Of a stretch of 64,000 bases of DNA, positions 38,061 through 47,465 are shown piece after piece. Each line of letters begins with the position of its first letter. The first letter of the stretch is position 1. The position numbers and the translations under genes are program-made. This DNA is from an uncultured Planctomycetia bacterium (GTDB taxonomy: Bacteria; Omnitrophota; Gorgyraeia; Tantalellales; Tantalellaceae), in NCBI GenBank assembly GCA_964409365.1, contig CAYPCX010000001.1:128684-192683 (forward strand), read 5' to 3'. The notes beneath the pieces are model-generated. The model ran no database searches. It was not told the DNA's origin and was given only the letters and a program-made list of their open reading frames with translations.

Positions 38061-38743
38061 AACTATCCGTTTTATTGCCTGTCTATAATGAATCAAAGAC
38101 GCTCCTGGACCTCCTGGACAGGGTAGGCGAGGTGGACCTCGACAAGGAGATCGTGCTGGTGGATGACTATTCCACCGACGGGACCAGGGAACTCCTTAAG
38201 GAGAAAGTGGAGAACGTCCGTGAAGGGGTAAGGGTCTTTTATCACCCGAGGAACATGGGTAAGGGCAGCGCCGTAAGGACCGCTCTTGAGAACGCCATGG
38301 GGGACTACTGTATAATACAGGACGCCGATCTCGAATATGACCCGTTCGATTACAAGCCGCTTTTCGAATATGTCCGGGAGAACGGCTGCGAAGTTATATA
38401 TGGTTCCAGGTTCCTTAAGACGTGGCGTTCGACCTCCCCGTGGCATTTCGCGGTCAACAAGTTCCTGACGGTCCTGACCAACATCCTGTTCGGAGGGACG
38501 CTTACCGACATGGAGACCTGTTACAAGATGGTGAGGACCGATCTCATGCGGTCGCTTGACCTGAAAGCGGAGAGGTTCGAGCTTGAACCCGAGATAACCG
38601 CGAAGATACTCAAGAAAGGATACCGCATACCGGAGATACCCATATCTTATCGCGGGCGCGGGTATGACGAGGGGAAAAAGATCACCTGGAAAGACGGGGT
38701 AGAAGCGGTTCTCATTCTTTTCCGGATGAGGTTTTTACGATAA
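38057..38743 (+). CDS. GT2 polyprenyl-phosphate glycosyltransferase-like (small, soluble GtrB/ArnC-type catalytic domain)
   Basis: LSVLLPVYNESKTLLDLLDRV..IVLVDDYSTDGT..IIQDADLEYDP..YGSRF. 228 aa with no C-terminal TM helices. Confidence 0.75.
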   Translation: MKLSVLLPVYNESKTLLDLLDRVGEVDLDKEIVLVDDYSTDGTRELLKEKVENVREGVRVFYHPRNMGKGSAVRTALENAMGDYCIIQDADLEYDPFDYKPLFEYVRENGCEVIYGSRFLKTWRSTSPWHFAVNKFLTVLTNILFGGTLTDMETCYKMVRTDLMRSLDLKAERFELEPEITAKILKKGYRIPEIPISYRGRGYDEGKKITWKDGVEAVLILFRMRFLR

Positions 38744-40089
38744 TGAAACGCGACATTACGATACTTCTCATCGTCTCTTGCGTCTTACTGCTCGTCAATC
38801 TCGGGGCGGGTAGCCTGAGTTCCTGGGATGAGGCCGTCTATGCCCAGGTGTCCAGGGAGATGTTCCGGACAGGAGATTGGATAGACCTGAGATGGGGAGG
38901 AAGCTCCTGGAGCGATAAACCCCCCTTGTATATGTGGCTCACCGCCTTCTTTTACTGTTTTTTCGGTGTGAACGAGTTCTCGGCCCGCCTTTTCTCGGCC
39001 CTTTGCGGCATGGGCGTGATAATAGTGACGTATCTTCTGGGGAGGAAGCTTTTTTCACGGAGGACCGGGCTCCTGGCAGCGATCATGATGATGAGCACGT
39101 ACCATTTTGTCTGGTTCAGCAAGATGGGAACGCTTGACGTAGCTTTCACTTTGTTCTCGTTGCTTTCAGTATATTTTTTCCTGCTGGCGGGAAAGGACAG
39201 GGTGAATATGATATATTCTGCAATAGCTTTCAGCCTTGCCTTTCTTACGAAGGGGGGCGGGGCGCTCCTTATACCGATCGCGTTCGGTCTTTACGTGCTG
39301 GTAAGAAGGGACTGGCGCCTGGTCGTCAACCGTTACACTTTGATCGGGGCGGCCATATTTTTGGTCACCGTGGGCGGCTGGTACTTCGCGGTGCTCCGCT
39401 GCGGCCACGATGTCGTAAAGGGGCATTTCTTCCAGCACCTTGTGCACCGGACCGTTACGGTGATGGACGGCCATCAGGGGAACCTTTTGACCTATATAAA
39501 TGTCGTCCTTTACAAAGGGAAACCCTGGGGGTTCCTGGCCCTCGCGAGCCTGCCTTTTTTTATTTACCGGACGCTGAAAAAGCGCGAGTTCGAGAACCTC
39601 ATCATCATCTCGTGGATATTGGTCGTGCTTTTTGTGTTCACCGCGGTCAGGACGAAGCTTCACTGGTACATAATGCCGGTCTACCCGGCCATGATGGTGG
39701 TGGCCGCGTGGAGCGCTGACTGGATGTTCGGACGCCGTTCGGTGCCGGTCGTGGCCGTGATAGCTTTTTTGTGTATTGTTTATTTCGGCGTGAAAAAAGA
39801 CATATTCTCGCTGGATTTTAACCCGGAAGTTAAAGGGTTTTCGGAAAAAGTAACGGCGCGCCTTGCTGAAGGGCAGGACGTCTACCTTTACAACGTGGCG
39901 GATCCCGGGATGATGTACTATTTCGGCGGTGTTGCGAGGAATGTGCATAACGAAAGGCTTGAACCCGAGCTGGCCGTCCGTAAAGGAGTGGTAATAGTCA
40001 CGACGAAGGAAGAGTTCGATTCTTCCGGCGTGAGGGGGAAATTACTGGCTTCTTCCGGGTCGGGATACGTAGCGGTCGTGACGGAATGA
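38743..40089 (+). CDS. GT-C glycosyltransferase, ArnT/PMT (GT39/GT83)-like
   Basis: SWDEAVYAQVSREMFRTGDWIDLRWGGSSWSDKPPLYMWL is the characteristic first periplasmic-loop motif (DE..Y..R....GDW...........KPPL) of ArnT/PMT-family enzymes. Multiple TM helices. Confidence 0.8.
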   Translation: MKRDITILLIVSCVLLLVNLGAGSLSSWDEAVYAQVSREMFRTGDWIDLRWGGSSWSDKPPLYMWLTAFFYCFFGVNEFSARLFSALCGMGVIIVTYLLGRKLFSRRTGLLAAIMMMSTYHFVWFSKMGTLDVAFTLFSLLSVYFFLLAGKDRVNMIYSAIAFSLAFLTKGGGALLIPIAFGLYVLVRRDWRLVVNRYTLIGAAIFLVTVGGWYFAVLRCGHDVVKGHFFQHLVHRTVTVMDGHQGNLLTYINVVLYKGKPWGFLALASLPFFIYRTLKKREFENLIIISWILVVLFVFTAVRTKLHWYIMPVYPAMMVVAAWSADWMFGRRSVPVVAVIAFLCIVYFGVKKDIFSLDFNPEVKGFSEKVTARLAEGQDVYLYNVADPGMMYYFGGVARNVHNERLEPELAVRKGVVIVTTKEEFDSSGVRGKLLASSGSGYVAVVTE

Positions 40090-40090
40090 T

Positions 40091-41248
40091 ATGGGAAAAA
40101 AGGTCTTTTTTATAACGGCATGTCTGGTCGTTAATATCGCCGTCATCTTCGCGATAGGCGAGATATACGCCAGGACAAAACACGGCGAAACGCTGTCTTT
40201 TAAATCGAGAGAAGCCCGGTACAGGAGGGCCGATTTCGAACTCCATCACTCGCTGATCCCGAACTCGCGGGGAAGGTCGGTGACGAAAGAGTGGGACGTG
40301 CCTTATTCGATCAATTCCCTGGGGCTGAGGGACAAAGAATATCCCGTCCGGAAAGATAAAGGCGCGTACAGGATACTCGTTATCGGGGATTCGTTCGCCG
40401 AGGGTTACGGCGTGAAGGCGGAAGATTCTTTCGCCAAGGTCCTCGAACGCAAGCTTAACGGCTCGCTCCCGGGCGGCCGGGAATACGAGGTCATCAACTG
40501 CGGCGTGGCCAGCTATTCGCCTCTTTTGGAATATCTTTTCCTCAAGAAAAGAGGCCTGGCCCTTAAGCCTGATATGGTCATCCTTTTTTACGATTTTGCC
40601 GATCTCAAGGATGATTATGAATACGAGATGACCACTTTTTACGCTTCTGGGGGCACGCCTCTGGCGAGCGTGCCATACAAAAGGGTTAGAGCGTACGGTT
40701 CCGGTCCCCTGGAACGGTTCCTGGTCAGGCATTCCATGTTCTATCTTTATCTGGAGAACAGGATCAACAAGGTCCTTTTCAAGTTCTCCGATATTGCCGG
40801 CGAAATGCCCGACATGGAAGAGATCGACCGTTTTATAGCTTTCAGGCAGGGTGAGGATAATGAAAAAAAGGTCCTGGAGCTGTGGGAAAGAAGCCGGGGA
40901 TATCTCCAGATGATCTACGGTATACTGGAAGAGAACGATATAAAGCTCGTCATTGCCAGTTATCCTTACGCCATAGAGGTGAGCGAAAAAGAGTGGTCCG
41001 AGGGACGGACGCTTAACGGTTTCGAGCGGGATGTAGTGTACGGCGAACCGGCCGTTGCCGGATACCTGCAGGAATTCGCCGGGGAAAGGGGGATATCCTT
41101 TATCGACCTGTACCCGGATTTCAGGGAAAGCGGTAAGTACCCTCTTTATTACGCGTTCGACGGCCACTTCAACGCGAACGGACATTCACTCGTGGCCGAA
41201 TCGCTTTTCAGGGAACTTACGGACGGGAGCGTCATCGAATTAAAATGA
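40091..41248 (+). CDS. Membrane-anchored SGNH/GDSL hydrolase-family protein
   Basis: N-terminal TM helix followed by YRILVIGDSFAEGYGV (GDS block I). C-terminal FDGHFNANGHSL (block V, DxxH-like). Confidence 0.7.
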   Translation: MGKKVFFITACLVVNIAVIFAIGEIYARTKHGETLSFKSREARYRRADFELHHSLIPNSRGRSVTKEWDVPYSINSLGLRDKEYPVRKDKGAYRILVIGDSFAEGYGVKAEDSFAKVLERKLNGSLPGGREYEVINCGVASYSPLLEYLFLKKRGLALKPDMVILFYDFADLKDDYEYEMTTFYASGGTPLASVPYKRVRAYGSGPLERFLVRHSMFYLYLENRINKVLFKFSDIAGEMPDMEEIDRFIAFRQGEDNEKKVLELWERSRGYLQMIYGILEENDIKLVIASYPYAIEVSEKEWSEGRTLNGFERDVVYGEPAVAGYLQEFAGERGISFIDLYPDFRESGKYPLYYAFDGHFNANGHSLVAESLFRELTDGSVIELK

Positions 41249-42348
41249 GATACGTTTTCAAAAAGAAAAAATACGTCATACTTTTTTCCGTGCTGGACGC
41301 GCTGGGGACGGTACTCATGCTGGCTTCATGGATAGCCAGGCGCGCCCTGCCTTTTAAGGTGGACAGGATGCTCATCATAAGGGGTGATCATATCGGGGAC
41401 GTCATCGCCGCCACTGTCGTTTTGGAACCCCTGAGGGAGGCGTTCCCGGAGGCTACAATAGATTTTGTGGCGCCGTCCTGGGCGGCGGATATCCTGAGCG
41501 CCAATCCTTTTCTGGACAACGTCATTCCCTTCGATCCACCCTGGTTCGACAGGAGCGCGGGAGGACCGGTGTTCGACATGAACGGTTTCCGTGAGCTTGT
41601 CGAGCTCATAAGGAAAGGTAATTATGAGCTTGCTATCGATCTCAGAGGGGATTTCAGGCATATCCTGGCCATGTACCTGGCGGGCGTGAGATACAGGATC
41701 GGCTACGGCGTAACAGGCGGGGGTTTCCTTCTCACGCATATGGTCCCTTATGATACGAAAAAGCATGAGACCGAGAGGAACGCGGCGCTCCTTGAGCCTC
41801 TGGGCATAGAGGGCGAGACCGGTAAGGTCGGGCTCTTTCTTTCGGAAGAGGACGACGAGAAGACCGATATCGTCAGGCGCGAATACGGTATCGAGAAAGA
41901 TTATGCCGTGGTACATCCCGTCCCGGGGCATAAAGCGAAGAACTGGAACGAATATGACTTCGCCCAGGTAGTGAAATACGTGCATGACGATAAAGGGCTG
42001 ATGCCGCTGATCGTCGGTTCAGAGAGCGACGGAAAAGCGGCGAAAGAGATATTGTCGCTGGCCGGGGTGGAGGGAGTGGACCTTTCGGGGAAAACAAGCC
42101 TTGCGACTCTGGGGTGGCTCGCCAGCGGGGCGTCGCTTTTCATCGGAGTGGATTCGGGGCCTTCGCACATCGCCGCTTCGACCGGGATCCCCTCGGTGAT
42201 ACTCTTCAGCGGCGTTAATGATCCAGAACAATGGGCTCCCAAGGGCGATAACGTCAGGATAGTATATCCGGGAGAAGGGAAAGACCTGTCATGGGTGACC
42301 CCTCCCCAGGTATACAAGGCAATAGATGAGGTGTTGGAGAAAAGATAG
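41245..42348 (+). CDS. Glycosyltransferase family 9 (ADP-heptose:LPS heptosyltransferase-like)
   Basis: RMLIIRGDHIGDVIAATVVLEPLREAFPEATIDFVAPSWAADIL and a C-terminal GVDSGPSHIAAS block are typical of WaaC/WaaF/WaaQ-family proteins. Confidence 0.8.
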   Translation: MRYVFKKKKYVILFSVLDALGTVLMLASWIARRALPFKVDRMLIIRGDHIGDVIAATVVLEPLREAFPEATIDFVAPSWAADILSANPFLDNVIPFDPPWFDRSAGGPVFDMNGFRELVELIRKGNYELAIDLRGDFRHILAMYLAGVRYRIGYGVTGGGFLLTHMVPYDTKKHETERNAALLEPLGIEGETGKVGLFLSEEDDEKTDIVRREYGIEKDYAVVHPVPGHKAKNWNEYDFAQVVKYVHDDKGLMPLIVGSESDGKAAKEILSLAGVEGVDLSGKTSLATLGWLASGASLFIGVDSGPSHIAASTGIPSVILFSGVNDPEQWAPKGDNVRIVYPGEGKDLSWVTPPQVYKAIDEVLEKR

Positions 42349-42396
42349 TGTCAAAGTGTCAAAGAATCCACTCTGATATTATGACACTATGACACT
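42349..42396. promoter_or_regulatory. Dyad-symmetric element with duplicated half-sites (AGTGTCAA x2 ... N16 ... ATGACACT x2) in a 63-bp intergenic gap
   Basis: Sequence tgtcaaagtgtcaaag-aatccactctgatatt-atgacactatgacact. The two tandem 8-mers on the left are the reverse complement of the two tandem 8-mers on the right. Could be an operator or a hairpin. Confidence 0.4.
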
Positions 42397-42411
42397 GAAA
42401 CGGAGTGAACG

Positions 42412-43509
42412 ATGCGAATTGGTTTTGATGCGAGGATGATAACGCACCCGGGTATAGGCAGGTACATAAGCTGTCTTTTGCCCGAGATGGTAAAATTCGC
42501 GCCGAAAGACAAGTTCGTTCTTTTCGGCGACCCGGAACGCCTTGTTGATATTGCCGCTTCGGGGAACGTGAGCGTCCGCAGGTGGACCGCGCCGGTCTAT
42601 TCGTTCCGGGAACAGCTCTTCGGCCTTTTTCCGGCAAAGGGCCTGGATATACTTCATGTACCGCATTTCAATATCCCGCTCTTTTTCAAGGGAAAGATGG
42701 TGGTTACGATCCATGACCTGATATATCTTCTTTTTCCGGGATCCGTGCCATCGCCCCTGGCGAAGCGTTACGCTTCTTTTATGATCGCATCATGCATGAA
42801 GAAGGCCGTGGGAATAATAGCGGTCTCCGAGAATACCCGGAAGGACCTGGAGAGGATATACGGCAAGGCCCGTTCGGGGAAGATCAGTGTCGTCCATGAG
42901 GCGTCGGGTAGATCTTTTCGGCTGATGGAGGACAAGACAAAAGAGGCGGACGTGAAATGCAGGTACCGGTTGTCAGACCGTACTATACTGTATGTCGGCA
43001 GCATCAAACCCCATAAGAATATAGAGACGCTGATAAAAGCGTTCAGGCTTTTGAAGGACTGGGGCGTGCCGCACCAGCTTGTGATATGCGGCAGGTGGGA
43101 TAAGAAGGAGGACCGCCTCAGGGCAGAAATGAGCGACGGCCTGATAAAGTATCTCGGCGAGGTCCCTGCCGAAGACCTCGTGGTCCTTTATAACATGGCG
43201 GACGTTCTGTTGCACCCGTCTCTTTACGAGGGGTTCGGCCTGACGGTGCTCGAAGCCATGCGTTGCGGCACACCCGTTGTTACAACGGATACCTCGTCGC
43301 TTCCCGAGGTCGCGGGCAAGGCCGCGTTCACCGTGCCTCCCCTCAACGTTGAGCAGATGGCGGATACAGTGTACAATGTGCTGGTCAACGAGGAGCTTCG
43401 GAAAGGCATGGTGGAAGAGGGTTTTAGGCAGGAAGCAAAATTCTCCTGGGAGAGGGCCGCCCGGGAGACGCTTGATGTGTACCGGGAGGTACATGGGGAG
43501 AAGGCATGA
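42412..43509 (+). CDS. Glycosyltransferase family 4
   Basis: C-terminal GT4 block LHPSLYEGFGLTVLEAMRCGTPVVTTDTSSLPEVAG (E-x7-E). Confidence 0.8.
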   Translation: MRIGFDARMITHPGIGRYISCLLPEMVKFAPKDKFVLFGDPERLVDIAASGNVSVRRWTAPVYSFREQLFGLFPAKGLDILHVPHFNIPLFFKGKMVVTIHDLIYLLFPGSVPSPLAKRYASFMIASCMKKAVGIIAVSENTRKDLERIYGKARSGKISVVHEASGRSFRLMEDKTKEADVKCRYRLSDRTILYVGSIKPHKNIETLIKAFRLLKDWGVPHQLVICGRWDKKEDRLRAEMSDGLIKYLGEVPAEDLVVLYNMADVLLHPSLYEGFGLTVLEAMRCGTPVVTTDTSSLPEVAGKAAFTVPPLNVEQMADTVYNVLVNEELRKGMVEEGFRQEAKFSWERAARETLDVYREVHGEKA

Positions 43510-43530
43510 ACTTTTCAGCTGGCAACAGTA

Positions 43531-43620
43531 AAAGGCAAGAGCACCCCGCGCTCGGACAGTTTTCGCCTCGCACAGTTTCGACAGCAAAAAAACTCGCGCG
43601 AGATACTCTTACCTTTTTTC
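43531..43620 (+). repeat. Palindromic terminator-like intergenic repeat, copy A (diverged)
   Basis: aagagcaccccgcgctcggacagttttcgcctcgcacagtttcgacagcaaaaaaactcgcgcgagatactcttaccttttttc shares the ...CCCG.GC....CAGTTTT.GC...CAGCAAAAAAACT.CGCG...TACTCTT...TTTTT architecture with the copies at 48.5, 58.7 and 60.8-61.1 kb. Confidence 0.55.
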
Positions 43621-43713
43621 GAGACCCGCTCATAACAGTTCAGGCCATTGGTGCCTTGCAGCGTTAGATACAGAAGAAAGCTAGTCTCCAGATGCGGCTA
43701 AGGATATTGTGGA

Positions 43714-44868
43714 ATGGATAATATGAAAGTAGCGATAGTACATGACTGGTTGACCGGGATGAGAGGCGGGGAGAAGTGCCTTGAGGTGTTCTGTGAACTG
43801 TTCCCTGAGGCGCGTCTTTTCACGCTTCTTCATGATAAGGGGAGCGTTTCCGGGACTATCGAGAAGATGGACATAACGACCTCTTTCCTCCAGAAGATAC
43901 CGGGCATATCCAGGAATTACCGGAACTTCCTGCCTTTTTTCCCGGCGGCCGTGCGCAGTTTCGACCTTTCGTCCTATGATCTTGTCCTGAGTTCGAGCCA
44001 TTGCGTGGCCAAAGGGGCCAGGATCCCGGCCGGGGCTCTGCACATATGTTATTGTTATACCCCGATGAGGTATGCCTGGAAGTTCTTTAACGAGTATTTC
44101 GACAGGGAAGCTTCCGTCAAGAAGTGGGCGATAGCAAAGGTCATCGGCGCTCTCAAGAGCTGGGACCTCGCGACCAACAAAAGAGTTGATTATTTCATAG
44201 CCATATCGGATAATGTTAAAAAACGTGTAGAGCGTTTCTACGAAAGGGACGCGGAAGTCATATATCCGCCAGTGGATACGGATGAAAAGGGCGCTGTGGC
44301 GGAGAAAGGCGGGTATTACCTTATAGTTTCCGCCCTGGTGCCGTATAAGCGGGTAGATCTCGCCGTCAGGTCTTTTAATGAGACCGGCAGGAAACTTGTT
44401 ATAATAGGCACAGGGACGGACCTGGAACGGCTCAAGAGGTCCTCGAACGGGAATATCGAATACGCGGGGTGGGCGGATGACGCCGCGCTCAAGAGGTATT
44501 ACGCAGGATGCCGGGCCCTGGTCTTCCCCGGGGAAGAGGATTTCGGTATAGTTCCCGTGGAAGCCCAGGCGTATGGTAAGCCCGTGATAGCCTACGCGGG
44601 CGGCGGTGCGCTTGAAACGGTGGTCCCGCTCGGCGTGGAGGGCCATACCGGTAAGCAGGAACACGCTACTGGCGTGTTCTTCCATGAGCAAACGGCCTCT
44701 TCATTGAACGGGGCGATAGAGACCTTTGAAAGGAACGAGCGTTTCTTTGACCCGGCGCGGATCAGGCAGAACGCGCTCCGTTTTAACAGGGACCGGTTCA
44801 AGCGTGAGGTCCGTGAGTATATAGAGAAAAAATGGAAAGAACATTTAAAGGATGAGGAAAAGAAATAA
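43714..44868 (+). CDS. Glycosyltransferase family 4
   Basis: N-terminal KVAIVHDWLTGMRGGEK. C-terminal ALVFPGEEDFGIVPVEAQAYGKPVIAYAGGGALETV. The 336-aa antisense ORF 43681..44691 is a shadow. Confidence 0.8.
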   Translation: MDNMKVAIVHDWLTGMRGGEKCLEVFCELFPEARLFTLLHDKGSVSGTIEKMDITTSFLQKIPGISRNYRNFLPFFPAAVRSFDLSSYDLVLSSSHCVAKGARIPAGALHICYCYTPMRYAWKFFNEYFDREASVKKWAIAKVIGALKSWDLATNKRVDYFIAISDNVKKRVERFYERDAEVIYPPVDTDEKGAVAEKGGYYLIVSALVPYKRVDLAVRSFNETGRKLVIIGTGTDLERLKRSSNGNIEYAGWADDAALKRYYAGCRALVFPGEEDFGIVPVEAQAYGKPVIAYAGGGALETVVPLGVEGHTGKQEHATGVFFHEQTASSLNGAIETFERNERFFDPARIRQNALRFNRDRFKREVREYIEKKWKEHLKDEEKK

Positions 44869-46246
44869 CGTAAAACTGGCCGCGGTACTGGTGCTGGGAG
44901 ATATCCTGGCCATCAACCTGGGGTTTCTCGTCGCGTACTGGTTGAGGTTCAGATCGGGCCTTTTCCCGATCGTTTACGGGATACCTCATATCAGCGAATA
45001 CATAAAGCTATTACCGGTACTTACGGTCATACTTCTTTTCCTGGCGCGGGCCGAAAAGCTTTATTCCGCCAAGGCGCGTCTTTCCATAGTGGACGAGTTT
45101 TTCGTCATAGTCAGGTCCGTGACACTGGGCATATTGGTGTTCATGGCCGCGACGTTCGTTTACAGGGAATATTCATACTCGCGCGGAATGCTCATCGTCT
45201 CGTGGCTCATGCTCATCTTTTTTATGGGCGGCTGGAGATTCTTTGTCAACAGGGTACGTATCCTGATCAGGGAGAAGAAGGGCAAAACGAGGAATCTTCT
45301 CATTATAGGGGACGGCCCCATGGTCAACCGCCTGATAATGCATATATCGGGGGACCCGCACTGGGATTACAACGTGAAGGGTGTGGTCAGGGTGAATTTC
45401 AGCGTCTCCGACTATCCGGGCGATGCCCCCGTCCTGGGGTCACTCGACAACCTGACGAAGATACTCGAGGACAATGATATCGGGGAGGTCATCCTCACCG
45501 ACGTGGAGATGCCGCGGTCAAGGATAATGGACATAATAATGGAGTGCGAGAAGCGCATGATAGAGTTCCGGCTTGTGGCGGATATCCTGGGCATGGTGAC
45601 TTCCCAGGTGGATATGCAGAGCATAGACGGGGTGCCGCTTTTAGGGCTCAAAGACTCTCCGCTAATGGAGGGTTACCACCGTTTTATAAAAAGGGTGACC
45701 GATATCGTGTTCTCGAGCATAGGGCTGGTAGTCCTTTCACCCGTATTCCTGGTAGTGGGCGCGGCCGTCAAATTAAGTTCGTCCGGCCCCATGTTCTATC
45801 TGCAGAAGCGTATAGGAGAGGACGGCCGCCGGTTCGCCATGATAAAGTTCAGGACCATGGTGGAGAACGCCGAAAAGGGAGTGGGCAGGGTCTGGGCCCA
45901 GGAGAACGATCCCAGGAGGACCGGTGTGGGCGGGGTCTTAAGGAAATACAACCTGGATGAACTGCCCCAGCTGGTGAACGTGCTTAAAGGTGAGATGAGC
46001 CTGGTAGGACCGAGGCCGGAACGGCCCCATTTTGTAGGCAAGTTCAAGGAGGATATCCCGCGTTACATGACCCGCCACAAGATCAAATCCGGAATGACCG
46101 GATGGGCCCAGGTCAACGGGTTAAGGGGTAATACGTCGATAGAAGAGCGCACGAAATACGACCTTTATTACATCGAGAACTGGTCACTGGCGTTTGACCT
46201 CAAGATCCTGTTCATGTCGGTCTTCGCGGTGAAGAACGCGTATTGA
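44852..46246 (+). CDS. Polyprenyl-phosphate hexose-1-phosphate transferase (WbaP/WcaJ-type bacterial sugar transferase, initiating enzyme)
   Basis: N-terminal TM helices. Central ~95-aa cytoplasmic domain, likely CoA-binding-like (LLIIGDGPMVNRLIMHI). C-terminal catalytic domain RVTDIVFSSIGLVVLSPVFLVVGAAVKLSSSGPMFYLQKRIGEDGRRFAMIKFRTM..DELPQLVNVLKGEMSLVGPRP, the classic bacterial sugar transferase signature. Confidence 0.85.
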   Translation: MRKRNNVKLAAVLVLGDILAINLGFLVAYWLRFRSGLFPIVYGIPHISEYIKLLPVLTVILLFLARAEKLYSAKARLSIVDEFFVIVRSVTLGILVFMAATFVYREYSYSRGMLIVSWLMLIFFMGGWRFFVNRVRILIREKKGKTRNLLIIGDGPMVNRLIMHISGDPHWDYNVKGVVRVNFSVSDYPGDAPVLGSLDNLTKILEDNDIGEVILTDVEMPRSRIMDIIMECEKRMIEFRLVADILGMVTSQVDMQSIDGVPLLGLKDSPLMEGYHRFIKRVTDIVFSSIGLVVLSPVFLVVGAAVKLSSSGPMFYLQKRIGEDGRRFAMIKFRTMVENAEKGVGRVWAQENDPRRTGVGGVLRKYNLDELPQLVNVLKGEMSLVGPRPERPHFVGKFKEDIPRYMTRHKIKSGMTGWAQVNGLRGNTSIEERTKYDLYYIENWSLAFDLKILFMSVFAVKNAY

Positions 46247-46259
46247 CCCCCTTAAAATT

Positions 46260-47465
46260 ATGTCAAAAGAAAAGATCCTGAAAACATGTGATATCGCGAT
46301 CGAGTGGTCTTTTTATTCACTGCTCGTGGTGGTAACGTTCTCCACGTCGCTGGTAGAGATATTCTCTTCGGTGATGATAGCCGCCTGGCTGGTAAAGATG
46401 ATACTGCGAAAGGATATCAGGTCCGTTGATTCCATCCCCGTCAGGATTCTGCTGCTGTACTGGGCGTGGACAGTGCTTTCCTGTGTTAACAGTGGATATT
46501 TCAGCGAAAGCCTGCGAGGCATATTTAAATGGGGAGAATACGGTCTTTTATTCATCGTAGCCGCGACGGAACTGCGGGGTGAAAAGACCGTCAAAAAAGC
46601 CCTTTATGCCTTAACGGGAGCGACCGTACTGGTGACACTGAACGGTTTCGCGCAGTATTTTACCGGCGAGGACCTGATCAGGCACAGGCAGCTGATATAC
46701 CAGGATTATCTTAACAGGGTCTCGTCCTCTTTTGTCCATCCCAACGATTACGGTGTCTACCTGCTCGTGGTGGCCATGATATTCATATCGTTCCTCATAT
46801 CGCAGGGAAGCCGGTTGAGGGAGAGGTTTCTGGTGGCAGTGCCGGCCGCGCTTTCGATGGTGAGCCTTTTTCTTACCAAGTCGCGCGGGGCATGGATCTC
46901 CTTCGCGGCCGCGTTCTTTGTTCTGGGCACATTGAAGTCCAGGCGGATGGTGGCCCTGTTCCTCGCGATGCTCCTGGTAGTGTTCATAATACTTCCTTAC
47001 ACGGCCCAGCAGAGGATATTCGATCTTGCCGATCTTCAAGGGGGCACCACCTGGGAACGCCTCATGCTCTGGAAAGGCACGGTCAATATGATAAAAGTGC
47101 ATCCCGTCATGGGTTTCGGGGTGAACACTTACAGCAGGAATTTCCCCAAGTATAAACCGCCGGATTATTTCGGCATGAGGTATACGCATAATTCCTACCT
47201 GCACATGGCCGCCGAGGTGGGATGCGTGGGGGCACTGCTCTTTATGGTGTTCCTTGTCACGACATTGACCCTTTCGTTGAGGGGGATCTTCGTTCTTGCG
47301 GAAGGCCGCCGGAAGGCGTTCGCGGTCGGGCTTTTTGCGGCAATGGCGGGTTTTTCCATGAACTGTATAGTGGATACACATCTTTATTCCGTCAATCTTG
47401 CCGTTTTTTTTCATTTGTTGTTAGGTTACTGTTTTGCGCTGAGCTGCTATGCCCGAAAAGACTGA
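46260..47465 (+). CDS. O-antigen ligase / Wzy_C-family membrane protein (WaaL- or polymerase-like)
   Basis: About 10 TM helices plus a large periplasmic loop carrying NSYLHMAAEVGCVGALLF, the Wzy_C signature (H-N-x-Y-L...E-x-G). Confidence 0.75.
   Translation: MSKEKILKTCDIAIEWSFYSLLVVVTFSTSLVEIFSSVMIAAWLVKMILRKDIRSVDSIPVRILLLYWAWTVLSCVNSGYFSESLRGIFKWGEYGLLFIVAATELRGEKTVKKALYALTGATVLVTLNGFAQYFTGEDLIRHRQLIYQDYLNRVSSSFVHPNDYGVYLLVVAMIFISFLISQGSRLRERFLVAVPAALSMVSLFLTKSRGAWISFAAAFFVLGTLKSRRMVALFLAMLLVVFIILPYTAQQRIFDLADLQGGTTWERLMLWKGTVNMIKVHPVMGFGVNTYSRNFPKYKPPDYFGMRYTHNSYLHMAAEVGCVGALLFMVFLVTTLTLSLRGIFVLAEGRRKAFAVGLFAAMAGFSMNCIVDTHLYSVNLAVFFHLLLGYCFALSCYARKD

Noticed and set aside
43681-44691. 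336-aa minus-strand ORF opposite a GT4 gene. Similar cases at 47421-48317 (298 aa), 51543-52577 (344 aa), 53114-53968 (284 aa), 57311-58159 (282 aa) and 58808-region antisense ORFs
   Set aside because: All lie inside + strand genes with unambiguous family signatures (GT4, GT9, GT2, GT28/UDG, PriA). None has recognisable motifs, so they are shadow ORFs.
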